Shown piece after piece: positions 1-11,143 of a DNA stretch of 64,000 bases. The DNA is from Octopus sinensis. Lineage: Eukaryota. The stretch lies in assembly GCF_006345805.1 (NCBI RefSeq), contig NC_043001.1, positions 85,064,001-85,128,000 on the forward strand. Direction: 5' to 3'. How positions within the stretch are numbered: position 1 is the first letter of the stretch; each line of letters starts with the position of its first letter. Under the pieces are notes generated by a model that was not told where the DNA came from, searched no databases, and saw only the letters and a list, made by a program, of their open reading frames with translations. A program made the position numbers and the translations under genes.

Positions 1-2249
1 CAAACAGTTTTAAATGACTGACCTCTTATGCTAAAAAGGACTACACGTTTGGAATTGGCAGTATTAATTCAATAAGTTGTTTTTATTTACTTATATTCAC
101 AAGCAAAATTTGTGGAAATTTCACGAGAACTGCTGCTAACATAAATATTATTATTGCCTTTAGAGTATCGAAAAAATATCCCTTCTCATATTTAAAGAAG
201 GAATATAATCGTTTCTAATATACAGATGAGTAGAAATTATTAGGGAAAGGGATTTACCGATGCCATCGACTCCAGAACCTGGCTGGCACTTTATGCTGTC
301 GACCCTCAAAGGGATGAAAAGTAACGATGGCATTGGCCAGGGTTGAACTCTGAACGTGAAAGCGGGAAGAAATGCTACGAAGTATTTTGTCCAATTCTCA
401 AACGATTCTTCCCTTCGCCGCCTTATTAAAGAAATACATATAGGTTTGTACATGTAGGTTTGTACAATGAGATAATTAAGATATACTAAAGGTGAAGGCT
501 GCTCAAACTACGCACCAAAGTTTAGTAGAGAAACTGTTTTTTTCTAAAGATGCATTAATCTGCAAAGATTCTCTTCTCCTAGAAAACCACATTTGTTTTG
601 TGCGAAAATGCGACTTACGTATCGGAAAATACAGTATTTTCCGAATAAACATGATGGATTGATTGAAAGAAATTCTGCTTTGGTACAAACTTCTATCTAT
701 GCTTCATATATAATATCAGCAGAACAAAAATTTTGAATTATATGCTAAATAATACAAACGATACATCAGATACATAAGTCAAAGTCCCAAAATATCTGGA
801 GTGATGTAGCTTTGGGTAAAATACAAACTTTCGTTCGGAACTACATTTAGTAGTTCACTATATCCTCTCAATAATCGAGAAGTTCGCTTCACAACCAAAA
901 GGGGCCAAGTATTTATCACTTTCCGCTGAGTCGATCTGAGAATCTCATTAATTGTACACTTCTCTACGGAATAGCTAGTCACTTAAACGTTAACTCAAGG
1001 GCAGGTAATTCATTCTCTCGGAAATTCAACCCTCTTCGTCGAATGAAGTAGATTTTCCCGACTATAATCCAGTACTTGTTTAATCTAAACAGACCAAAGC
1101 GAAGTGACTTCTTCATTGCGCCATAGATTATTGCTACTATCAGGATACGAACAGCGAAAACATTGACAGCTCAGCACACAGGCGATCTATAGTTTTGAGT
1201 AGTTTTAAGCTATACACCTCTCCAACAATTCTGTGACAAACTCAAAGTGTTATATTAAGAAAATTTCCTACCAAGTTTCTTTAGTATACCAATTAAACTG
1301 GTAAATTATTAAATATTACCTGAGGACAGGCGTTAATGACTTCCATGGAGAAGATTTCGCTTCTTATCTCATTGTGTTGCTGCCTGTGTTTTGTTCCGTT
1401 TCCGGGCAGTTATCTAATTGTTCAGCCATCTTCTAGCTGTCAAGATTACGCTCCAAAGTTTCAGGGAAAGATCAAGAGGTTTGAATACCTATTGGCAGAT
1501 ATTTTCTGAACACGAAAATTCAACCAATTCTTATTATCGTAGAAATACACGAAATGAATAATTATCCAAATGTTTTCATCAGATTGAATAGAATGCACAC
1601 ACACACACAATCACACACACATACATATACATACACACATACGCACACATACACACACATACACACAAACAATCATAAAGAGAGAGAAACATCTGCACAC
1701 GCAGAGTCATATATGCACACAGAGAGACACTCACAAAGACATACATACACAGAGACAAACATCCACGCGCACATACACATACTCACACACACAAACACAA
1801 ATACTCACACACAAACCTGTATACACTACGTTCTCTCTAACCTCTCCACACACATTTTGCTATAGATACGTCATTACTCTACAATGAATTCCACAGCGGA
1901 TATCCATACAAGGTTCGCTATCTAATCGCATTCAACAGCCAATGAATATTATTGTTTACCAGAACAGGTATGCTGTCGTTGACTTCGCCAGTTATGATCG
2001 AACTGAAAAATAGAACAACCCAGAAAACAGAAGCGGTATATGTATATACATACATGCACAAACACACGCACACACACGCACACACACCACAGATACACAC
2101 GCACACACACATATATATCGATAGAGCATTGCCTTGATTGAAGCTTTGGTCACTGTCGCCTCTCACTTCATATTATTAATAACACACTTCATCAAGTATC
2201 AAGTGATACTCCCAATATTAATTATTTACATTCTGATAAATATTCTAAT

Positions 2250-2605
2250 GGATACTGTTGGAGAGGGGAGACCCCTTCGGTCATGAATAAGCATGGGATT
2301 GCACCTAGAAAGTTACCCTCCGAGGTACAAGTCTGGGCAAGGTTGTTTATGGAAGGCCATCAGTCGCCCATGCATACCAGCCTACCCTATCCACACCACT
2401 GACGTTATCCAAGGGAAAGGCAAAGGGGCCGATACAGCTTGGCACCAGTGATGTCACAACTCATTTCTACAGCTGAGTTAACTGGAGCAACGTGAAATAA
2501 AGTGTCTTGCTCAAGAACACAACACGCAGCCCGGTCCGGGAATCGAACTCACAACCTTACGATCGTAAGCTCGACGCTCTAACCACTGTGCCATGCGCCT
2601 TCACA
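2250..2605 (-). mobile_element. tRNA-derived SINE, family C (CORE-like GTGTTCTTGAGCAAGACACTTTATTTCACG)
   Basis: Minus-strand head gaaggcgcatggcacagtggttagagcg...gagttcgattccc. Relatives at about 6670-6780(+), 37965-38110(-), 41511-41946(-), 41950-42220(-), 50765-51035(+), 53310-53465(-). Confidence 0.75.
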
Positions 2606-2809
2606 ACGGATACAGTATATTATGTGCATTCTAGTTGCGGGAGAAACTGGACTACTTAATTCATCGCATCTGTGGTGTGTATGAAAGACCTTCAGATGTT
2701 TAAGATGCATCTGACAGTCTTCTCCATTATATTTCTTTTATCACATAGATGCACCAACACATACACAAATATACAAAAACGCACACTTATATACACGCAA
2801 ACCACCACA

Positions 2810-2845
<36 letters not shown>

Positions 2846-3184
2846 CACACACACACGCACACTTACACACTCACAACACTATAATCCAGTGATGTTACAT
2901 ATTAGGTATCAAATCAGGATTCTTCTGTTTAAATGTATTGAACAAACCGCCAGATGCCTTAAAGTTTACATCATAAGCAAAAGTGTGGTTATGTGGTAAA
3001 GCAGATCGTTTTACACTCATTTCGTTTCGGGTTCAATCCCACTGAGCCGTACCTTAGGGAAATGTTTCTTTTTACTACAGCTCAGGGATGATCAGTACCT
3101 TTTAAGTAAATTTGGCAGAGGGTACTGTGTGGAAGCTCGTCGCATGTAAATGTGCACGCACGCGCGCGTTTTGTCTATGTATTT

Positions 3185-3417
3185 TTATTTCTTTATTGCC
3201 CACATGGGGCTAAACACAGAAGGGACAAACAAGGACAGACAAAGGGATTAAGTCGATTACATCGACACCAGTGCGTAACTGGTACTTAATTTATCGACCC
3301 CGAAAGGATGAAAGGCAACGTCGACCTCTGCGGAATTTGAACTCAGAACGTAGCGGCAGACGAAATACGGCTACGCATTTCGCCCGGCGTGCTAACGTTT
3401 CTGCCATCTCGCCGCCT
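3185..3417 (-). mobile_element. tRNA-derived SINE, family A (central GCCTTTCATCCTTTCGGGGTCGATAAATTAAGTACCAG)
   Basis: Full ~230-bp copy. Other copies at about 236-427(-), 16527-16760(+), 21140-21328(-), 25270-25480(-), 26100-26256(-), 46078-46235(+), 52283-52516(+). Confidence 0.8.
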
Positions 3418-4313
3418 TTCTGTTTTGTGTTTGTATTTGTCTACCCCCATCGCTTGACAAATGATGTTCGTTTGTTTATATACCCGTAACATAGTGGTTC
3501 GACAAAAGAGGATTATAGAATAAATACCAGACATAAAATAAAATGTGAATGAGGTCGATTTGTTTGACTAAAATCTTCAAGGCAGTACCAAAGCTCGGCC
3601 GCAATCTAGTGACTGAAACAAGTAAAAGACACGATAAAATGTGTAACAATAACGTATATAGCGGCTTGTATTAGTTGGTGAAGTAAATAATGGTATCAGT
3701 CTCTAATATCCTGTGTTTCGCGTCTGACCTCGACTTTACTTCGTGTCTACATGTAAACATATTTGCTAATACGAAACATTAAAATGCCTTTCAGTGATCG
3801 ACATCGATATTATAGATTGCGTATTGAACTTATTCATATCGATACTGTCGTTTAACCTTCTTTTAATATTTTGTATTTGATATTATGTTTGCTGTTTGAC
3901 TACACGCCAGACTTAATAGTCAATATGTAAGGTGATCAATGTTGATTTAGATGTGACAACTCCTCTATTTCCAGACACATTATAGGAATATTTCGACTAC
4001 TGCTGATTCGAATATTGCGGTTCCAGAATTCTTCGTTTTGTCTTCTTCTTAATTTGTAGTTTATCTCCGAAGTCCATATACTGTGGATTATGAGTAAGAA
4101 ACGAAATAAATGATTAAGATAGTAATTCCTGGAACAAGGGCGCAGTTTTATTAAGAATATGTTATAGTTGACTATAACGATTCCAATACCTCGATTTCTT
4201 ATTGCAAAATAACAACAGAACTTAAGGCAGACATAAGCGTAATATGAACTTTTGATATGGAAAGCTGAAATACAACAACGTGCATTGTATCTACACTCTT
4301 GGAATTCTACCAA

Positions 4314-4553
4314 CGTTGTTGTTGTTGTTGCTTGTTCCTTCTTGAGCCATGCCTGTCTCATAAGGTCCGGTTTCCCGGTTTTATTGGTGTATAGGTTCCC
4401 CACCTAAACGGGAATGCATCTAGCAGGTCACCTGCCGTGTGGAGCTTAGGTTTTTCCCTCATAAACACACACACACTGCTCGGTCTGAGATTCGAACCCA
4501 CGATTCCGCGACCGGGAGTCCGCTGCTCTAACCACTAGCCATGTGCGTCCACC
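4314..4553 (-). mobile_element. tRNA-derived SINE, family D, with (AAC)n tail
   Basis: Minus-strand head gacgcacatggctagtggttagagcagcgg...gggttcgaatctc; tail ...gagacaggcatggctcaagaaggaacaagc(aac)n. Confidence 0.7.
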
Positions 4554-5431
4554 CAGCGTACAGTTACTGAAAGGAATGAAGAGTAACGAAGTGTAATTTC
4601 TCCTTCATTTTCGTCTTCCGTTTTTGTGTTTGTTGAGATCCACTGTAGAGATCTGATTAATTGTTTTAGACGAGTGATATTTGATAAGTTTTTCTGATTT
4701 TGTCTGCGGGTTGCGTAGATATATTCTTATTGATGTGATGGTATTTTATACCAATTTCCGATAAGTGTCAGTTGGGAAACAAGGTATTCGAAACCATGCT
4801 AATCGGATGTTTACATTATTTTCAGACACGAGTGAATATCACCACTATAAGAGGTGACTGTGCTAAAAAGAATAGAAATTTATGGTAATGGAAAAGAATA
4901 CCATTAATTTTTCACACATCTGGAAAAACTTTAACATAACCGAAGCATCGGAAAATTGAGATGTTGCATAACTTGAGGGCAATATGACAGGTGTTTGAAG
5001 TAATATATGATTTCTTATTAAAGAAATATTCTTTCCTGATATCGGAGATGAAACTACAGAGAATGCCTACAAATGACAACAACAATACGAGAAAATTGCG
5101 TGACCCACATGGACTAGATCTTGAAAGTAATAATTAAAAAAAAAAAAAAATTTAGAGCTGTAACGTTCATACGATTATGACGAAGACTGCACACAGGAAA
5201 CTGTGATGGAAAAAGAATTCTGCTATAAATATACTTGGGGAAAGAAATCTTGGGGAAAGAAAATGAATGCAGATCTCAATGTAGAAAGGGGAAATTCAGC
5301 AGAAAAGTTGAAAATGTACTTAGTGCTTATATTCAAGAATAAGTAGGTAGGAAAAAAAAAAAAATATATATATATATATATATACAGATATATATATATA
5401 TATACACATATATATACACATACATACATTT

Positions 5432-5484
<53 letters not shown>

Positions 5485-5514
5485 TATATATATATATACA
5501 TACACACACACACA

Positions 5515-5894
5515 TCTATATGTATATAAACGGCAAAATGTCTGTCTGTCTGTGTGTGCGTGTGCGTGTCCTTTATACAAATCTACAATTTTTCAGTTAG
5601 AGGGCTCGCACTTTCTATGGTCATCCAAAACCGTCCAAGGGTGGTCGTGCACATCTTTACATTTCCCCAGTCACCCCGCAAAGTCATTAAAAAATCAATA
5701 GAAGTGACTTTTTTGTGAATTTTCTATCCAAACCCCAATCAAAATGCCCGAAACTTGATACGCCAATTGAATGCCAGCTAGTTGTATGTGATTGGTCGGA
5801 GAATTGGAGAGTACTCGCGTATATGTGCGCACGCACGCAGCTGTATATGCATGCACTAGCACTATGACCCGGCGTTGCCGGGTCACAATGCTAG
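5515..5894 (+). mobile_element. Non-autonomous Helitron
   Basis: Inserted between A and T; 5' TCTATATGTATATAAA; 3' hairpin TGACCCGGC-GTT-GCCGGGTCA followed by CAATGCTAG. Confidence 0.85.
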
Positions 5895-7127
5895 TGTATA
5901 TATATATGTCAACAAACCGAAGAGCCTGGTGCAACTGAAGAAGAAAATCAGTAGAAAAATCATAGAAGTGGGGGTCTGAAACTCTTGAGGGTATTATGGT
6001 GTGCACGTTTTGGAAATGGCACGGACGTGCAAAGCCGAATATTGTAGCCATTTAAGCGATGGTATTTTTTATAATTGATGTAGTTGTGTTTCAAAATTTG
6101 ACTAGTGCATATTAATCTGCATTATATCCTTTATATTGTATCAAAATGTTATGCGGTTATTTCTAAAGTTAAAGAAATTATTAAAAATTTCATCCCCTCA
6201 GTGACCTTTCGGACGCGCTGTATAATGCAAGATGTTTGGTAGTGAACACCATTCAAACATAACTCATATATGAATATCATTGAACATATAGTTGCAAATA
6301 CAAGTATGATTGCTAATCATTGTTTGATTACAACAGCTGTCACGTATTTATATACTTAGATATATTAAATACATCGTTTGAAATGAGATATTTATCTATC
6401 TAAATAAATATGTGATTAGTTTTTCTGAAAATAGTTCTAAAATTACCGAAATCTATATCTTATATTCCGGACTTTTATGTTTTGTATATGACTCGATAGT
6501 TTTTGTTTTTTTCTTTTTTCTGCAATACACTTCAGACACAGATGTAAAAAGAGGAGAAAACGATGGATAAACAAGATAAATATGAACACATACATATATA
6601 CATACATGCGCATACATATATATGTGTGTGTATGTATGTGTGCGTGTTTGTGAGAGAGTATGTGCGTGTATGAAGGTACATGATCCACGGTTTGTGTGTG
6701 GTGATTATGATCGTAAATTCGTGAGTTCGATTACAGGTACTTACAACGCATTGCTTTCCTGAGCAAGGCACTACGGTTCACGTCGCTGTAGCGACACATC
6801 ATTCTGATGAAAAACGTAGTACAGGCCCAGTGCTGGTGCCGGTACTTTGTCTTCAGGCGCCATATCCAGGGTGTTACACTTGGTGAAGAATGAAGAGGGT
6901 GAAGTGGAATTATATGATTGTTCTTGATGGCATTACTTCCTAAAACATTTAGCAAAACATTGTACATTGTTAACCATCGCCTACTAGCAAGCATCTACTC
7001 CTTAACATGCGCGCTAGGATGTCCGATCGCTGAGACAACCTGGTGCCAGGAGCCTGACTTACAGGGGATGTCGGTCAAACCTCGTAGCTCTCCGACGCAG
7101 GCCGCTCCCGCGTGCAGGTCGCTTACA

Positions 7128-7525
7128 AGGCAGAAGTGGCTTGCTTAACAACCACATGGTTCCGGGTTCAGTCCCACTGCGTGGCACCTTTGGCAAGTGT
7201 CTTCTACTATAGCCTCGGGCCGACCAAAGCCTTCTGAGTGGATTTGGTAGACAGAAACTGAAAGAAGCCCGCCGTATATATTTATGTGTATACATATATA
7301 TGTGTGTATGTGTTTGTGTGTGTTTGTCCCCTAACATCGCTTGACAACCAATGCTGGTGTGTTTACGTCGCCGTAACTAAGCGGTTCGGCATAAGACCCC
7401 GATAGATTAAGTACCAGGTTTACAAAGAACAAGTCCTGGGGTCGATTTGCTCGATTAAAGGTGGTGCTCCAGCATGGTCACAGTCAGATGACTGAAACAA
7501 GTAACAGTGAGAGTAAATGAGAGAG
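7128..7525 (+). mobile_element. SINE family B copy
   Basis: Collinear with 17417-17868. Confidence 0.78.
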
Positions 7526-7914
7526 TATACTACGAAATTACAGACTCATTTGCGAGCGACGACTGTGATGTATGTGTGTGGTGTGAGTAAGTGTGTATAA
7601 GTAACAACATAAGGCGGCGAGCTGGCTGAGGATTTAACACGATACCTTTCCTTCTGGGACGGGGTCAAGTAATTCATGTATCAGTCAAGAAATCGTGTTG
7701 ACTACTTATGTATATATATCGAGAATATTATGTTAAACTGCTGTATATATATATATATATATATACAATAAAAGCAATTAAGATTCAAGTCAATTCTAAT
7801 GAATTTACTTGAATGCGGTACTTAACTTAGATGCACCAGAAAACTATATGGTGTTAACCATACAGTAATGTGGGGTGATTATAAACGAGAAAGAAGCAAC
7901 AAGAATGAATTAGT

Positions 7915-8005
7915 TTTTAGTACAATTGTTTCATACAAAGACAGGCTTTATTAAAAGTTGCAAATATTGCAGCAGATAAAAGTGTCCCGTACTCATCAGC
8001 TAAAA
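7915..8005 (-). ncRNA. Type I hammerhead ribozyme, intact core, long stem II
   Basis: Minus strand: UUUUAG-CUGAUGA-[60-nt hairpin GUACGGGACA...UGUCUUUGUAU]-GAAA-CAAUUG-UA-CUAAAA. It has a 6-bp stem I, a palindromic stem III (ACAAUUGU) and a GUA cleavage triplet. Confidence 0.8.
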
Positions 8006-9282
8006 CACATATGAGTTCTCCAAACATCTTAGTGGGTGAGGCTACACTCGTGAAGTATTGGAGATAATTTCAGTAAGAGCAGATTTAGGTTGTAAAGAGA
8101 CTTCCGAAGTTCTTTAATGATGATGCACAGTCTTATCACAGGTTTTTAAAAAAAGCTTATTAGCTTCACAGAGAAGGTAGTGTAGATGTAAATTTCCAGA
8201 GATATGAGGAGGAATTTCATACTCACAGACGATGAATTTATCCATGGTTAATCCACAATGAGGTGGGTATAATTTCATGCTATATGATAAGGTATTTGTC
8301 ACATTACTGTTCTCTTCACAAGACTGCTATGTTATGACTTCTAAAGGCTGAAGGAATTTTTGTGGAGCAAAGAAAAGAAAAGAAAGGAAAGAGAAGAAAA
8401 GAGACAAGGAAAAGGAAAAAAAGAAAAAGAAGAAAGAAAAAGGAAAAGAAAAAAGAAAAAAGGGGAGAAGAAAAGAAAAAAGAAAAAAGAAAAAAGGGAA
8501 AGAAGGGAGAAAAGAAAAAAACGCCCACATAGAGTATACTGTGACAACTGAGAGGGAAATGGGTCGCAGGTGACCCACTACACAGAAGAATTTGTAGACG
8601 GCTTGGCTGGCTTCGAATTTGCAGGAATCTAAGAACTATAAGGAGAACATTATTTTTGACCAGTAAACAGCTATTTATTGCCAACCTGACGTAGCTGAAA
8701 GCAGATATGAGAATCTAAAGAGATAACAAGTTTAGGGATAGAGGGGTCAAAGGCTATCATCAAAAGGAAATACATTAAGAGAAAAAAATAAGTGCAATCC
8801 TAACAAGAGGTCATTTAAATTTATTTATTTATTTATTACTGTTACTGTCTTAAATTGTTGCCGTTACTATCTATACATTGACAGACTACAGGTCAAAACT
8901 TAGAAGTTTGTTTACAAGGTGTGAGGGAATTGCCTATTATATTGAAATTTCTCATACTACTTTCAAGGGAGTAGCATTACTTATTTAATTTTGTAATAGA
9001 ATTATGAAGTCTTAGTAACTTATTTTATTAAAGTTGTGTTACCTAAATTAGATTAAATTAAAAATTAAAAATTAAATTTAAAATTAAATAAAACTTCATT
9101 TAAGCAACGTACAAGTACTATTTGTTTCCTTGTGCTCAAAATCAAGTGCAGTTATAAAGAAAGAGATAACTGTAGTGTGAGAGCTCGCAGTTATCTACTT
9201 AAAAAATTAAAGTTATGCTATACCAGTAAAAAACAAGCTATATCTATCTATCTATCTTGTTACGATTATTCTATACGGTTAT

Positions 9283-10218
9283 TCATTTAAAATATTTTAG
9301 AGTCTTCAATTTTGCGTGGACACAAACTTGACCTAATTCAATATGGTTATTTAACAAACCCTTATTTTTTCTATGCTTCAGAATTTCATACGTTTCCATG
9401 GAGCAGAGTTGGCAACCAACCCTGTTATTTTTATACGGCATTGCTCTTCTAACTATTTCCCGATTAAGGTTATAATTCCTATTATTATTTTTGAGTTCCC
9501 AGATCTTATTTGAAAGTGTGATGGTACCAGCTTTATGACGTAATTTAAAAGATGAGACGTGGTTTCTAACTCTATCTCTAAAATTTATCGTACAACCAAT
9601 GTAAAAAAATTTGTTATTCTCAGTAGATATGGTACATTTATAGATTACGTTATTTACCCCGCATAGACCAGGTGCCGGGCATTTTGACTTAATTCTACAC
9701 TTACACGCAGGAGGAACAACTTCAGATGTTGGATTATTCATGGATAGATGTCTTATGTTCCTGTTATTTTGATTATCATGAGTATAATTATCTTTATTAT
9801 TATTATTATTTTTATAGTTGGTGCTGTTATCTAAAGCATTGTTATTATTTATTGATCCTTCTGCTCCATCCTTTAGGTCTAAAGTCCTACCATGATTATT
9901 TACATTATTGGTATTGTTACTATTATTGCTAGTATTTTTATCTGAATGTATATTGTTGTTATAGATATCACTGATATTTTCATTCTCTGTATTTTCTCTG
10001 TTAGCCTTACTTCTATTATTAACATTATTACTTCTATTAATATCAATATTATTATTACTCCTATTAATGTTAATATTATTATTAGTCATTCTGTGGTCAC
10101 TGATTCCACCCATGTTTTGATAGTTACTATTGTTGCGTTTATTGTTGGTATTATTATAATTCTCTGTGAAGCTAATAAGCTTTTTTAAAAAACCTGTGAT
10201 AAGACTGTGCATCATCAT
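9283..10218 (-). CDS. Asn-rich linker + Cys-rich GIY-YIG endonuclease (PLE-derived, no RT domain)
   Basis: Open 311-codon frame. The C-terminal half has CKCRIKSKCPAPGLC, VIY...YIG, FRDRVRNH, CQLCSMETYEI and LLNNHIELGQVCVH. Whether it is expressed as a protein is unknown. Confidence 0.75.
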   Translation of the reverse strand: MMMHSLITGFLKKLISFTENYNNTNNKRNNSNYQNMGGISDHRMTNNNININRSNNNIDINRSNNVNNRSKANRENTENENISDIYNNNIHSDKNTSNNSNNTNNVNNHGRTLDLKDGAEGSINNNNALDNSTNYKNNNNNKDNYTHDNQNNRNIRHLSMNNPTSEVVPPACKCRIKSKCPAPGLCGVNNVIYKCTISTENNKFFYIGCTINFRDRVRNHVSSFKLRHKAGTITLSNKIWELKNNNRNYNLNREIVRRAMPYKNNRVGCQLCSMETYEILKHRKNKGLLNNHIELGQVCVHAKLKTLKYFK

Positions 10219-10329
10219 TAAAGGACTTCGGAAGTCTCTTTACAACCTAAATCTGCTTTTAATGAAATTATCTCCAATACTTCATGAGTGTAGCCTCACC
10301 CACTAAGATGTTTGGAGAACTCATATGTG

Positions 10330-10420
10330 TTTTAGCTGATAAGTACGGGACACTTTTATCTGCTGCAATATTTGCAACTTTTAATAAAGCCTGTCTTTGT
10401 ATGAAACAATTGTACTAAAA
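10330..10420 (+). ncRNA. Inverted twin of the hammerhead with a core mutation (CUGAUAA)
   Basis: Same fold as 7915-8005, but G8 of the CUGAUGA box is A; probably inactive. Confidence 0.7.
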
Positions 10421-10448
10421 ACTAATCCATTCTTGTTGCTTCTTTCTC

Positions 10449-10493
<45 letters not shown>

Positions 10494-10729
10494 AATAAGA
10501 AAATGGAGAAACAAATTCATCTCGTTCACCAACTTACAGATATGCGATTTTACATTATTTATTAATTTTACAAATGAGAACATCAAAATCAAACAAAACA
10601 TTATATAAATCAATAGGTAATATATAATAAAAATAATACAAATACATATTTAATAGTCATATTATAAATAAATAAATAAATATATATATATATATATATA
10701 ATATATATATTATATATATATATATATAT

Positions 10730-10963
10730 CGCAGCTATTATGCTAAAATGCCGTATGTCCAAAGATGACCAAGTGCGTTTTTTATCAATACTTATTTTTG
10801 CTTATAATAGCCGGTTCTTATGGTCAAACTATCGTAGCTCTAGCTGCTTCAGATGCCAAGATATCAAAATAGTGTAACAGTTTTGCTATAGAATGGTGAA
10901 ACTATTTTTTCTTTTTCTGAAAAAGCAACGTTTTGGACTTACGACATTTTTGCATAATAGCTA

Positions 10964-10966
<3 letters not shown>
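10730..10966. mobile_element. Tc1/mariner-type MITE in (TA)n
   Basis: Imperfect ~33-bp TIRs (gcagctattatgctaaaatgccgtatgtccaaa / reverse complement gtagctattatgcaaaaatgtcgtaagtccaaa); right end reads CAGT; TA flanks. Confidence 0.65.
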
Positions 10967-10998
<32 letters not shown>

Positions 10999-11097
10999 CA
11001 GGGAGTATAATTTTCTCTAAGTTAGATATATATTAATTTTACAAATGAGAACATCAAAATCAGACAAAACATTTTCTATTTTCTATTTTCTATTTTC

Positions 11098-11143
11098 TCT
11101 AGACTGATGATGGGCAAGACCTAGAAACATGCATGTCTCTAGA
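11098..11143 (+). ncRNA. Minimal type I hammerhead ribozyme
   Basis: UCUAGA-CUGAUGA-UGGG(CAAGA)CCUA-GAAA-CAUGCAUG-UC-UCUAGA: perfect core, 6-bp stem I, 4-bp stem II, palindromic stem III (ACAUGCAUGU), GUC cleavage after 11137. Confidence 0.85.

Larger units (their letters stand above)
7880..10455 (-). mobile_element. 5'-truncated Penelope-like element (Naiad-type endonuclease) with inverted pseudo-LTRs
   Basis: 296-bp inverted repeats at 7880-8175 and 10160-10455 (about 7 differences), each carrying a hammerhead motif. They enclose a GIY-YIG ORF and a ~1.1-kb 3' UTR. The right end abuts (TA)n. Confidence 0.85.

Noticed and set aside
2540-2605. tRNA-like sequences at SINE heads (also ~4490-4553, 41880-41946, 42165-42220)
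   Set aside because: They run directly into SINE bodies and lack a complete cloverleaf acceptor stem; not called as tRNA genes.
8360-8551. Lys/Arg/Glu-rich ORF and the Phe-rich opposite-strand ORFs
   Set aside because: They read through a polypurine tract in the PLE 3' UTR.
8176-9282. SECIS element in the PLE 3' UTR
   Set aside because: An ATGA...TGGA hairpin near 8240-8285 (minus) lacks the apical AA motif, and the ORF has no in-frame TGA.
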